In this document: in pieces, positions 18,736 to 27,791 of the stretch | Layout: each line of letters starts with the position of its first letter | Position numbering within the stretch: the stretch's first letter is position 1 | Origin: Dehalococcoidia bacterium | GTDB lineage: Bacteria; Chloroflexota; Dehalococcoidia; Lucifugimonadales; UBA1127 | Direction of reading: 5' to 3' | NCBI GenBank assembly: GCA_965205235.1 | Contig: CBDBGD010000008.1 | Span: forward strand, 106,629 to 170,628 | DNA length: 64,000 bases | Notes under the pieces: model-generated | What the model was told of the DNA's origin: nothing | Seen by the model: the letters and a program-made list of their open reading frames with translations, nothing else | Databases searched by the model: none | Program-made: the position numbers and the translations under genes

Positions 18736-19485
18736 CTATGGCCTCTGGGGCGCGTTCTGCACAGAGCGGGAGGGTCGTGCCGTGTGGCGCTCGACGAGAC
18801 GCCGGAGGGACTCCCAGGCGTTCTTTCGCAGGGGCGGGAAGTGGCTGAAGCAGATGGTCCGGAAGTCCAAGGTCAGGAGCTTCTCCAGGGAGCGCATGGC
18901 CGTGTCGGGGCAGCGGGTGACGCCGGGCGCGGGAGGATAGAGCCGCCAGCCGAACTTGTACTGCAGCGCGTCGCCGACGATGACTATGCCCTTCTGCGGC
19001 AGGTGCAGGCCGACGCTGCCGGGGGTGTGGCCGGGGAGATGGACGATGCGGACCTCGGTGGGGAAGGGTATGAGGTCGCCGTCCCGGAGGCGCTGGTCGA
19101 CGGGGACGGGCGCGCCGTTCAGCCGGGACATGGCGGGCCGGGCGAGGGCGGCGAGGAGGTTTGACCGGAGGGGGCTGGGAGCGGCGACGCCGCCCTCGAC
19201 GACGTCCGCCTCCGACTCGTGGACGGCGACGGAAACGGCGGCGCCGTCGACAAGCTCTGCGAGGCCGCCGGAGTGGTCGGGGTGGGCGTGGGTGATAACG
19301 ACGCGGCTCACGCGGTCGCGGGCGATGCCGCAGTCCCTGAGGCCGCGCATGATGATGCGAGAGCTTCCCGGCAGGCCCGAGTCGATGAGGATCGCGTCGC
19401 CGCCCTCCGCGAGGACGGTGACCCGGGCCCCGAGCGCCCGTAGCTGGAAAACGCCGTCGGCTATTCTTACTGGCCTGCCGAACAC
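18736..19485 (-). CDS. MBL-fold metallo-hydrolase
   Basis: 249 aa with a GTG start. THAHPDHSGG (HxHxDH) motif. Its stop lies 2 nt before the downstream start. Confidence 0.85.
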   Translation of the reverse strand: MFGRPVRIADGVFQLRALGARVTVLAEGGDAILIDSGLPGSSRIIMRGLRDCGIARDRVSRVVITHAHPDHSGGLAELVDGAAVSVAVHESEADVVEGGVAAPSPLRSNLLAALARPAMSRLNGAPVPVDQRLRDGDLIPFPTEVRIVHLPGHTPGSVGLHLPQKGIVIVGDALQYKFGWRLYPPAPGVTRCPDTAMRSLEKLLTLDFRTICFSHFPPLRKNAWESLRRLVERHTARPSRSVQNAPQRP

Positions 19486-19493
19486 ATCAACCC

Positions 19494-21191
19494 TCAGCGT
19501 TCCAGGATGGCCTGCACGGCGGCCGTCGCGTCTTCGAGCGGGGGGGTGGTGGCTTCGCTGTCGGTGCGGGCCTTGACCTCGACGGCGTCGCTGCGGAGGG
19601 TGCGGGGGCTGACGACGACGCGAACGGGGAAGCCCATGAGGTCGGCATCGTTGAGCTTGACACCCGCGGACTCGCCACGGTCGTCGAAGAGCACTTGCGC
19701 GCCCGCGCGCGTGAGCTGGGCGTACACATCGTCAGCGGCCCGAACGACGGCGGGGTCCTCGACGTTGAGGGCGGCCAGGTACACCTGGTAGGGCGCGATG
19801 GCGGGCGGGAGGCACATGCCCTTGTCGTCATGGTGCTGCTCGATGGAGGCGGCGAGGAGGCGTCCGACGCCGATGCCGTAGCAGCCCATGATGCTGGGTA
19901 TGGGCACGCCCTGGGGGCCCAGGTAGGTGAGGCCCAGGGTCTCGCTGAAGTGGGTGCCGAGCTTGAAGACGTGGCCGACCTCGATGCCGCGCTCGGAGCG
20001 GAGGGGCGTGCCGCAGTGCAGGCAGGGGTGGCCCTCCTGGGCGCTGGCGATGTCGGCGAGGAGGTCGGCCTGGAAGTCGCGGGGGTAGTTGGCATTGCGG
20101 AGGTGGAACTGGGGCTTGTTGGCGCCCACGACGAAGTTGCTGCCGGACCGGACCGACTCGTCGGCGACGGTGCGGACGGAGGTCAGGCCGATAGGCGACG
20201 CATAGCCGGCGACGAGGCCCGCCGCGGCGACCTCCGCGTCGGTGGCGGGGCGCAAGTCCTGGGCGTTCAGGGCGCGCTTGAGCTTGATCTCGTTGATGGT
20301 GAGGTCGCCGCGAACGGTCGCAAAGACCACCTCGCCGTCCACCCAGTAGAAGACGGCCTTGAGCGTCTTGCTCGTCGGAATGCCAAGATAATCCGCGACG
20401 GCTTCGATGGTGGTCGTGTTGGGGGTGTGGACCTCCTCGAGGGGGAGGGGGTCTTCCGCTGCGACGGGAGGCTTGCCGAAGACGGCGCGCTCGACGTTGG
20501 CGGCGTAGCCGCAGCCGGGGCACTGCAAGAGAAGGTCCTCGCCGACGGGGGTGGGCAGGATGAACTCGTGGGAGTCCTTGCCGCCGATGGCGCCGCTGTC
20601 GGCCTCGACCTGGACGACGGGCAGGCGGCATCGGCCGAAGATGTTGAGGTAGGCCTGCACCATGCGCTGGTAGGTGCGCTCCAGGCTCTCTTCGTCGGCG
20701 TCGAAGCTGTAGGCGTCCTTCATGTCGAACTCGCGGACGCGGATGAGGCCGGCGCGAGGGCGTGGCTCGTCGCGGAACTTGGTCTGGATCTGGTAGAGGA
20801 TGCGGGGGAGGTCCCGGTAGCTCTGGATGAACTGGCGGGCCAGCAGGGTGACCGTCTCCTCGTGGGTTGGGGCCATGACCATGGGCCGGCCGCGGCGGTC
20901 TTCCAGGCGGAGCATGTCGGGGCCGAAGGCCTGGTCGCGGCCCGTGGACTGCCACAGCTCGCGGGGCTGGAAGGCCGGCAGCTTGACCTCGAGGCCGCCG
21001 GCGGCGTCCATCTCCTCGCGGATGATGGTCTGTACCTTGGCCAGGGCGCGCTGGGCCAGGGGGCCGTAGGAATAGACGCCCGCAGCGACCTGCTGGACCA
21101 TGCCCGTCTTGAGCAGCAGGCGATGGCTGGGCGTCTCCGCCTCTCCAGGGTCGGAGCGCTGGGTCCGGAAGAGGCTCTGGGTTATGCGCAC
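19494..21191 (-). CDS. proS: Proline--tRNA ligase (bacterial type with editing insertion)
   Basis: About 566 aa from GTG 21191 (VRITQSLFRTQRSDPGEAETPSHRLLLKTGMV is the typical ProS N-terminus). Class II motifs and a C-terminal anticodon-binding domain. ATG 21227 is an alternative start. The ORF track's extension to 21344 is unsupported. Confidence 0.9.
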   Translation of the reverse strand: MRITQSLFRTQRSDPGEAETPSHRLLLKTGMVQQVAAGVYSYGPLAQRALAKVQTIIREEMDAAGGLEVKLPAFQPRELWQSTGRDQAFGPDMLRLEDRRGRPMVMAPTHEETVTLLARQFIQSYRDLPRILYQIQTKFRDEPRPRAGLIRVREFDMKDAYSFDADEESLERTYQRMVQAYLNIFGRCRLPVVQVEADSGAIGGKDSHEFILPTPVGEDLLLQCPGCGYAANVERAVFGKPPVAAEDPLPLEEVHTPNTTTIEAVADYLGIPTSKTLKAVFYWVDGEVVFATVRGDLTINEIKLKRALNAQDLRPATDAEVAAAGLVAGYASPIGLTSVRTVADESVRSGSNFVVGANKPQFHLRNANYPRDFQADLLADIASAQEGHPCLHCGTPLRSERGIEVGHVFKLGTHFSETLGLTYLGPQGVPIPSIMGCYGIGVGRLLAASIEQHHDDKGMCLPPAIAPYQVYLAALNVEDPAVVRAADDVYAQLTRAGAQVLFDDRGESAGVKLNDADLMGFPVRVVVSPRTLRSDAVEVKARTDSEATTPPLEDATAAVQAILER

Positions 21192-21306
21192 GCGGGCACC
21201 CCTGCAAGCAAGGTTTTCAACGTGCATCAGGGTACCAGAAGGCTCCCGTCTCTTCCAAGTGAGCCTGCGGGAACGGGCCATTGGCAAAACTGGGCCGGTC
21301 AAGAGG

Positions 21307-21418
21307 TTGACAGCCCAGCGATAGCTATGCTTACATTGGGCCACTTATCGCCTGTGCGAATGGTCTACCTATGCCCAGGCGATGCGGGAATCTGGGAGCA
21401 CATGTGTGAGGAGGTGTC
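21307..21418 (+). promoter_or_regulatory. Promoter and conserved 5' leader of binding-protein gene copy 1
   Basis: TTGACA (21307-21312), 18-19 nt, TTACAT/TACATT. Leader hairpin CGCCTG(21349-54)...CAGGCG(21376-81) encloses GGTCTACC. GAGGAGG Shine-Dalgarno. The same architecture is repeated at 23597-23699. Confidence 0.45.
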
Positions 21419-23332
21419 ATGCGCAAGAAAGGCATGTGGAAGCTCGCTCCCTTTGCGGTAGTGGTCGCACTACTGCTGGCCGTCGCCTGCGGCGGCGGTG
21501 ACGACGAGGAGACGAGCGCAGCCACAGGAACGACGACGTCTGGCACGCAGACGCAGGCTGCGGCGCAGACGACGACGACAGAGTCGACATCGACGACCAC
21601 GACGGCGGCGACGACCACGACCGCGACCACGTCGACGACGACGGCCCAGCCGTCGGAGACGTCGGCGGAGAAGGTCGCTGAGGCGGGCGCGACGCTGACG
21701 ACGTTCGAGGTCGGCAAGGGTGGAGAGGCCGTGATCAGCGTCAACCCGGACCTGGGTGAGCCGATCTACGGCGGCACCATCAACCGCCGCTCCTTCTCGA
21801 CGTTCAAGACCATCGACACGTGGGTGTCAGACTTCGGCGGTGCGACGAGCACGATGTACGCGCAGATCCTGTACGAGGCGCTGCTGACGTACGACGCCCC
21901 CTTCGACCCGGAAAAGGGCGTGGTGCTGGTGCCCAACCTGGCGAAGGACTGGGAGTTCAGCGACGACGGCAGCCTGCTGACGCTGCACCTGCGCGAGGGC
22001 ATCACGTGGCACGACGGGACGCCGTTCACCAGCGCGGACGTCGCTGCGACGTTCAACCGCTGCCTGGACCCGGAGTTCACGGCATCGGGTGAGTCGGCGA
22101 ACAAGTGCAAGGACCTGGTGCAGAGCGTCCAGGTGGTGGACACGCACACGATCGTGCTGGACCTGGGCGGCCCCTCCTACATCATCCTGCCGTGGCTGGC
22201 CAACCCGCAGATCTCCATGGTGGCGGCGCACATCCTGGCCCGCGACGGTCACACCCGTGACGCGGACATGGGGACGGGCCCGTACCTGTCCACCGAGAAG
22301 GACACCGAGACCGGTATGACGTTCCAGAAGAACCCCAACTACTGGGGCCGGGACGACTCCGGCCGGCAGCTTCCCTACATGGACGCCATGAACCGGCCGG
22401 TCATCGCCGAGAAGGCGACGGCGCTGGCGCTGATGCTGGCCGGCAACCTGGACACGTACGAGCACTGGCCGGTCATCGAGCAGATCGAGGCCGAGGGCGT
22501 CAAGAACCAGCTGGGCGACAAGATCGACGTCCGGCAGGTGAACCCGGGCGTGTGGCACAACCTGATCATCAACGCCGGCAAGCCGCCCTTCGACGACATC
22601 CGAATGCGGCAGGCGCTGAACTACGCCATCGACCGGAACTTGGCGACGCGAGCCGGCTACGGGGACCCGCCCTTCGGCGGCATCCCCGGGCACATTCTGG
22701 ACCCCCGTGACTTTGGCGACTTCGCCCTGACCGATGCGGAGATCGCCGAGCTGCCCGGCTTCAGCGCGGCTCGCAGGGCCGAGGACCAGGACCGGGCGCG
22801 GCAACTGGTGGCAGACGCGGGCTACGCCGATGGCGTTTCGCTCGACCAGGGCTTCCTGGTGTACACGCGGCCCCGAGACGTCGACATGATGTCGAACATC
22901 GGCGAGCAGCTGGCAGAGGTGGGCATCAACGGTGACCTGGAGGTCATGGACTTCGCAGCGTTGAACCCGCGACAGCTGGCCGGTGACTACAACCTCTCCA
23001 AGGGAGCGTGGGCGACCATCATCGCCGACCCGCTTGGGGTGCTGGACCGTGTCTTCACCAAGTTCGGCCGGCCCAACGGTTACACCTTCTGGGACACGTC
23101 CGAGTGGGACGCCTGGTGGATCAAGGCGACTCGAACGCTGGATACGGATGAGCGCCGGGCTGCCATCAAGGACGCTCAGAAGCGGTGGCTGACGGACGAC
23201 GGGATCAGCAACATCACGCTGCTGTGGGCGACCAACAACGTGCCGTTCTACACGCACGTGAAGAACTACTTCCAGCCGGGCCCCACGTTCTACGGCAACT
23301 GGAGCTTCCGGCACGTCTGGCTGGACCGGTAG
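21419..23332 (+). CDS. ABC transporter substrate-binding lipoprotein, peptide/nickel (family 5) type, copy 1
   Basis: 637 aa. Signal peptide with lipobox LLLAVAC|GGG, a Thr/Ser-rich linker of about 60 aa, then a family-5 SBP body (NLAKDWEFSDDGSLLTLHLREGITWHDGTPFTSADV). Confidence 0.88.
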   Translation: MRKKGMWKLAPFAVVVALLLAVACGGGDDEETSAATGTTTSGTQTQAAAQTTTTESTSTTTTAATTTTATTSTTTAQPSETSAEKVAEAGATLTTFEVGKGGEAVISVNPDLGEPIYGGTINRRSFSTFKTIDTWVSDFGGATSTMYAQILYEALLTYDAPFDPEKGVVLVPNLAKDWEFSDDGSLLTLHLREGITWHDGTPFTSADVAATFNRCLDPEFTASGESANKCKDLVQSVQVVDTHTIVLDLGGPSYIILPWLANPQISMVAAHILARDGHTRDADMGTGPYLSTEKDTETGMTFQKNPNYWGRDDSGRQLPYMDAMNRPVIAEKATALALMLAGNLDTYEHWPVIEQIEAEGVKNQLGDKIDVRQVNPGVWHNLIINAGKPPFDDIRMRQALNYAIDRNLATRAGYGDPPFGGIPGHILDPRDFGDFALTDAEIAELPGFSAARRAEDQDRARQLVADAGYADGVSLDQGFLVYTRPRDVDMMSNIGEQLAEVGINGDLEVMDFAALNPRQLAGDYNLSKGAWATIIADPLGVLDRVFTKFGRPNGYTFWDTSEWDAWWIKATRTLDTDERRAAIKDAQKRWLTDDGISNITLLWATNNVPFYTHVKNYFQPGPTFYGNWSFRHVWLDR

Positions 23333-23358
23333 GCAGATAACGCAAGCAGGTCACGTTT

Positions 23359-23392
23359 CCCCAGCCCCGGCCCACCCGGGTCTGGGTTGGGG
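23359..23392 (+). terminator. GC-rich hairpin after SBP copy 1 (no U-tract)
   Basis: CCCCAGCCCCGG-cccac-CCGGGtcTGGGTTGGGG. A paralogous hairpin follows copy 2. Confidence 0.3.
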
Positions 23393-23596
23393 AGCGGTGA
23401 CCGCAGAAAGACGAAGCTAGGCATGGGCTCGCCGAGGGTGCACCAGCCCCCGGCGGGCCCATGTGCGTAACGCAGGGCCTCGACCTCTCCCCGGCGACCT
23501 CACCGCGGCCGCCTCGCACAGGCGTCTTCTCCGGCGCAACGAGAGGCGCTTCCCAAGAGAGCAGCTACTGTCGGCCATTTACGCGCGATAAAGGCC

Positions 23597-23699
23597 TTGA
23601 CAGCCCAGCAAGGGCTGTGCTTACATTGGGCAACTTATCGCCTGTGCGAAGGGTATACCTATGCCCAGGCGGGCCACAGTCCATCTGTGAGGAGGCGCT
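23597..23699 (+). promoter_or_regulatory. Promoter and conserved 5' leader of binding-protein gene copy 2
   Basis: TTGACAGCCCAGC...GCTTACATTGGGCAACTTATCGCCTGTGCGAAGGGTATACCTATGCCCAGGCG is nearly identical to copy 1. The enclosed palindrome here is GGTATACC. Confidence 0.45.
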
Positions 23700-25610
23700 A
23701 TGCGCAAGAGAGGCATGTGGAAGCTCGCTCCCTTTGCGGTAGTCGTTGCGCTGTTGCTGGCGGTTGCCTGCGGCGGCGGCGACGACGAGGAGACGAGCGC
23801 ATCCACCGGAACGACGACGTCTGGCACACAGACGCAAGCTGCGGCGCAGACGACGACAACGGAGTCGACATCGACGACGACGACGGCCGCGTCCACGACC
23901 GCGAGCACGTCGACGACGACGGCCCAGCCGTCGGAGACGTCGGCGGAGAAGGTCGCTGAGGCGGGCGCGACGCTGACGACGTTCGAGGTCGGCAAGGGCG
24001 GCGACGCGGTGATCAGCGTCAACCCGGACCAGGGCGAGCCCATCTTTGGTGGGACGATCAACCGCCGCTCCTTCTCGACGTTCAAGACCATCGACACATG
24101 GGTGTCGGACTTCGGCGGTGCGACGAGCACCATGTACGCGCAGATCCTGTACGAGGCGCTGCTGACGTACGACGCTCCCTTCGACCCGGAGAAGGGCGTG
24201 GTGCTGGTGCCGAACCTGGCCAAGGACTGGTCCTTCAGCGACGACGGCAGCCTGCTGACCCTGAACCTACGGGAAGGGGTCACATGGCACGACGGTACGC
24301 CGTTCACCAGCGCAGATGTTGCGGCGACGTTCAACCGCTGCCTGGATCCGGAGTTCACGGCATCGGGTGAGTCGGCGAACAAGTGCAAGGACCTGGTGCA
24401 GAGCGTGCAGGTGGTCGACGACCACACCATCGTGCTGGACCTGGGCGGCCCCTCCTACATCATCCTGCCGTGGCTGGCCAACCCGCAGATCTCCATAGTC
24501 GCGTCCCACATCCTTGAGCGTGACGGTCACACTCGGGACGCCGACATGGGGACCGGGCCCTACCTGTCCACCGAGAAGGACACCGAGACCGGTATGACCT
24601 TCGTCAAGAACCCCAACTACTGGGGCCTGGACGACTCCGGCCGGCAGCTTCCCTACATGGACGCCATGAACCGGCCGGTCATCGCCGAGAAGGCGACGGC
24701 GCTGGCGCTGATGCTGGCGGGGAACCTGGACACGTACGAGCACTGGCCGGTGATCGAGCAGATCGAGGCCGAGGGCATCAAGAACCAGCTTGGCGACAAG
24801 GTGGACGTCCGGCAGGTCAACCCCGGCGTCTGGCACAACATCATCTTTAACGCCGGCAAGCCGCCCTTCGACGATGAGCGGGTGCGGACGGCGATGAACT
24901 ACGCCATCGACCGGACACTGGCGACGCGAGCCGGCTACGGGGACCCGCCCTTCGGCGGCATCCCCGGACACATTCTGGACCCCCGGGACTTTGGCGACTT
25001 CGCCCTGACCGATGCGGAGATCGGGGAGCTCCCCGGCTTCAACCCTGCCCGCAGGGCCGAGGACCTGGACAGGGCGCGGCAGCTGATGGCGGACGCCGGC
25101 TATGCCGACGGTATTGAACTGACCGAAGGCTTCATCGTCGCCCCCAGCCCCCGGGACGTCGACCTGATGGAGAACATCGCTGAGCAGATGGCTGAGATCG
25201 GTATCGAGGCCAACGTTGAGGTCATCGACTGGCCGGTGAAGGGTCCGCGGCAGCTGGACGGCTCGATGAACGTCTCGAAGAATGCTTGGGCGACCATCAT
25301 CGCCGACCCGCTTGGGGTGCTGGACCGTGTCTTCACCAAGTTCGGCCGGCCGAACAACTACACCTTCTGGGACACGTCCGAGTGGGACGAGTGGTGGCTC
25401 AAGCAGACCCGCACGCTGGACATGGAAGAGCGGCGAGCTGCGATCAAGGACGCCCAAAAGCGCTGGCTGACGGACGACGGGATCAGCAACATCACCATCC
25501 TATGGGCAACGAACAACGTGCCCTTCTACACGCACGTGAAGAACTACTTCCAGCCGGGCCCGACCTTCTACGGGAACTGGAGCTTCCGGCACGTCTGGCT
25601 GGACCGGTAG
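23700..25610 (+). CDS. ABC transporter substrate-binding lipoprotein, peptide/nickel (family 5) type, copy 2 (tandem paralog)
   Basis: 636 aa. Collinear with copy 1 and by eye identical at roughly nine residues in ten. Divergence is concentrated around residues 470-540. Confidence 0.88.
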   Translation: MRKRGMWKLAPFAVVVALLLAVACGGGDDEETSASTGTTTSGTQTQAAAQTTTTESTSTTTTAASTTASTSTTTAQPSETSAEKVAEAGATLTTFEVGKGGDAVISVNPDQGEPIFGGTINRRSFSTFKTIDTWVSDFGGATSTMYAQILYEALLTYDAPFDPEKGVVLVPNLAKDWSFSDDGSLLTLNLREGVTWHDGTPFTSADVAATFNRCLDPEFTASGESANKCKDLVQSVQVVDDHTIVLDLGGPSYIILPWLANPQISIVASHILERDGHTRDADMGTGPYLSTEKDTETGMTFVKNPNYWGLDDSGRQLPYMDAMNRPVIAEKATALALMLAGNLDTYEHWPVIEQIEAEGIKNQLGDKVDVRQVNPGVWHNIIFNAGKPPFDDERVRTAMNYAIDRTLATRAGYGDPPFGGIPGHILDPRDFGDFALTDAEIGELPGFNPARRAEDLDRARQLMADAGYADGIELTEGFIVAPSPRDVDLMENIAEQMAEIGIEANVEVIDWPVKGPRQLDGSMNVSKNAWATIIADPLGVLDRVFTKFGRPNNYTFWDTSEWDEWWLKQTRTLDMEERRAAIKDAQKRWLTDDGISNITILWATNNVPFYTHVKNYFQPGPTFYGNWSFRHVWLDR

Positions 25611-25636
25611 GCAGATAACGCAAGCAGGCCGCGTTT

Positions 25637-25670
25637 CCCCAGCCCCAGCCCACAGGGGCCGGGGCTGGGG
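25637..25670 (+). terminator. GC-rich hairpin after SBP copy 2 (no U-tract)
   Basis: CCCCAGCCCC(25637-46)...GGGGCTGGGG(25661-70), a perfect 10-bp stem. Confidence 0.3.
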
Positions 25671-25790
25671 AGCGAGGCCGTGGAAACAGCAAGCTAGGCA
25701 TGGGCTCGCGTTGGGCGCCCCCGCCCCTGGCGGGCCCATAGCTATAGCATGAGAACCTGACCCCGTAGACGGGAACCAAGAGGGTGTCAT

Positions 25791-26768
25791 ATGTCTGGGA
25801 CTGGGATGCGGAAGTACATAATCAACCGCCTCCTCGTGGTGCCTGTTACCCTCTTGATTGCATCCCTCTTCATCTTTGGCGTTCTCAGGACGATCCCCGG
25901 CGATCCCATTGCGGCCCTTTTCGCGGAGGACTCCTTCTTCGGCGGAGCCAACGAGCGGCGCCTCCAGATGCAGATGCGAGAGGAGGTTGGCCTGGCCGAG
26001 CCAATCCACATCCAGTACTACGATTGGTGGGCCAACCTACTCAAGGGCAACTTCGGCCAGTCCTTCGCCTACCGCAAGCCCGCGATCGACGTGCTGAAGG
26101 ACCGCTTGCCACCCTCGTTTGCGATCATGGGCATTGGCCTGGTGACCGGAGTGGTCGTTGGGCTGCCTGCGGGCATCCTCTCCGCGGTCAGACGAAACTC
26201 GTGGCTGGACTACCTGGTCCGGGGTATCGTGGTGGCCGGCTTAAGCATGCCTTCCTTCGTGACCGCTGCTGTCGTCATGGTAGGCCTCATCTGGGCCTTC
26301 AAGTGGCTGCCTCCCGCGCGCTTTGTCCCGCTCCACGAAGACCCCATCGAAAGTCTCAAGACACTCCTCTTCCCCGGCCTCATCGTCGGATACTCGATGG
26401 CCGCGGGCTTGGCGCGCGTCTCTCGGACCCAGTTCCTAGAGGTCATCCGCGAGGACTACATTCGCACCGCGTGGGCCAAGGGGCTGCGGGAGCGGGCCGT
26501 GGTCTTCCGGCACGCCCTGAGGAACAGTCTGCTGCCCGTGATAACGCTGCTGGGGGTCTACGTGGCCCAGCTCATTGCCGGTGCGGTGGTAGTGGAGACC
26601 ATGTTCAACATCCCCGGCCTGGGCCAGGGGCTGGTCCGGACCGTACTCTTCCGAGACTATGCCGTCATCCAGCTCTTTGTCATATCCGTGACGCTGCTGG
26701 TGCTGGGCATCAACCTCTTTGTCGACCTTCTCTACAGCTGGATTGACCCGCGCGTCCGCTACGAATAG
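25791..26768 (+). CDS. ABC transporter permease (DppB/OppB-like)
   Basis: 325 aa. N-terminus MRKYIINRLLVVPVTLL. Multiple TM helices. EAA-like loop ...YIRTAWAKGLRERAVVFRHALRNSLLPVIT. Confidence 0.88.
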   Translation: MSGTGMRKYIINRLLVVPVTLLIASLFIFGVLRTIPGDPIAALFAEDSFFGGANERRLQMQMREEVGLAEPIHIQYYDWWANLLKGNFGQSFAYRKPAIDVLKDRLPPSFAIMGIGLVTGVVVGLPAGILSAVRRNSWLDYLVRGIVVAGLSMPSFVTAAVVMVGLIWAFKWLPPARFVPLHEDPIESLKTLLFPGLIVGYSMAAGLARVSRTQFLEVIREDYIRTAWAKGLRERAVVFRHALRNSLLPVITLLGVYVAQLIAGAVVVETMFNIPGLGQGLVRTVLFRDYAVIQLFVISVTLLVLGINLFVDLLYSWIDPRVRYE

Positions 26769-26786
26769 AGGACAGGGAAAGGACAG

Positions 26787-27704
26787 ATGGCAACACGCGA
26801 AGGCGAGGAGCTAGCAAGCGTACTGCGGGCGCCTCCCGGCATGACAGAGCGCTGGCAGCGGGGCGCAAAGATCGTTCTGCGGCACGCTCGCACGAATCTC
26901 CTCGGGAGCTTCTCGGCGGTGGTTATCGCGGTGCTGATTATCGTCGCCATAGCTGCTCCCGTCCTTGCGCCATACGACTACAGCGAGCGGAACCTGGACC
27001 GCCGGTACGACCCTCCGAGCTCCGATCACTTCTTCGGCACGGACCGCCAAGGCCGCGACATGTTGAGCCGCATCATGCAGGGCTCGCGGATCTCCCTGAG
27101 GGTGGGGATCTTCAGCGTTGCGAGCGGGGTAACCATAGCGCTGCTCATCGCGCTGACGTCGGGGTACATCGGCGGCATATTCGACAACGCCGTACAGCGC
27201 GTGGTCGACACGCTCCTGGCCTTTCCAGGCCTGGTGGTCGCTCTCTTCCTTGTCGCGGTCTTTACCCCATCGCAGAACACGGTGATAGGCGCGCTCGCCT
27301 TCACTTTCATCGCGCCCGCGAGCCGGCCTCTTCGCGCGCAAGTCATCTCCGTCAGAAGCAACGTCTACGTCGAGGCAGCTCGTGCCATTGGCTGCTCCAA
27401 CGTTCGAGTCATGGCCCGCCACATTCTGCCCAACGTGATGCCGCTCTACGTGGTGGTGGTGAGCCTGTTCCTGGGCGGCGCTATCATCGTCGAGTCCTCG
27501 CTGACGTTCCTGGGCGTGGGCGTTGACCCCACGACGCCATCGTGGGGACGGATGGTGACGGACGGCACGACGAGCCTGTTCCTGGCGGGGGCGTACCTGA
27601 CGATCTTCCCGTCCCTGGCCATTGCGGTCACGGTCTTTGCCTTCAACATGCTGGGGGACACGCTGCGGGACATCTGGGACCCGCGGCTTCGCGGCTCGCA
27701 GTAG
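26787..27704 (+). CDS. ABC transporter permease (DppC/OppC-like)
   Basis: 305 aa. PPSSDHFFGTDRQGRDMLSRIMQG is the typical OppC N-domain. YVEAARAIGCSNVRVMARHILPN is the EAA loop. Confidence 0.88.
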   Translation: MATREGEELASVLRAPPGMTERWQRGAKIVLRHARTNLLGSFSAVVIAVLIIVAIAAPVLAPYDYSERNLDRRYDPPSSDHFFGTDRQGRDMLSRIMQGSRISLRVGIFSVASGVTIALLIALTSGYIGGIFDNAVQRVVDTLLAFPGLVVALFLVAVFTPSQNTVIGALAFTFIAPASRPLRAQVISVRSNVYVEAARAIGCSNVRVMARHILPNVMPLYVVVVSLFLGGAIIVESSLTFLGVGVDPTTPSWGRMVTDGTTSLFLAGAYLTIFPSLAIAVTVFAFNMLGDTLRDIWDPRLRGSQ

Positions 27705-27727
27705 CGTCTACGGTAGAGCGGAAAAGC

Positions 27728-27766
27728 ACAGGGGAGGAGGCAACCGCCTCCTCCCCTGTTTCTTTC
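27728..27766. terminator. Bidirectional rho-independent terminator between convergent operons
   Basis: Perfect 14-bp stem ACAGGGGAGGAGGC-aacc-GCCTCCTCCCCTGT, followed by TTCTTTC on the plus strand and by GCTTTTCC on the minus strand. Confidence 0.8.
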
Positions 27767-27791
27767 GCAGGGTCTTGTGACGGGGTCCGGT

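Noticed and set aside
21192-21306. Possible T-box or other leader upstream of proS
   Set aside because: The region is short. I could not identify a specifier loop, a T-box consensus or a terminator/antiterminator pair by eye. It mostly overlaps the divergent SBP promoter region.
21331-21744. 137-aa and 269-aa minus-strand ORFs (21331..21744, 23621..24430) with V/A/S-rich repeats
   Set aside because: They are antisense to the Thr-rich linker regions of the two SBP genes. Their repetitive composition is simply the complement of ACG/ACC runs.
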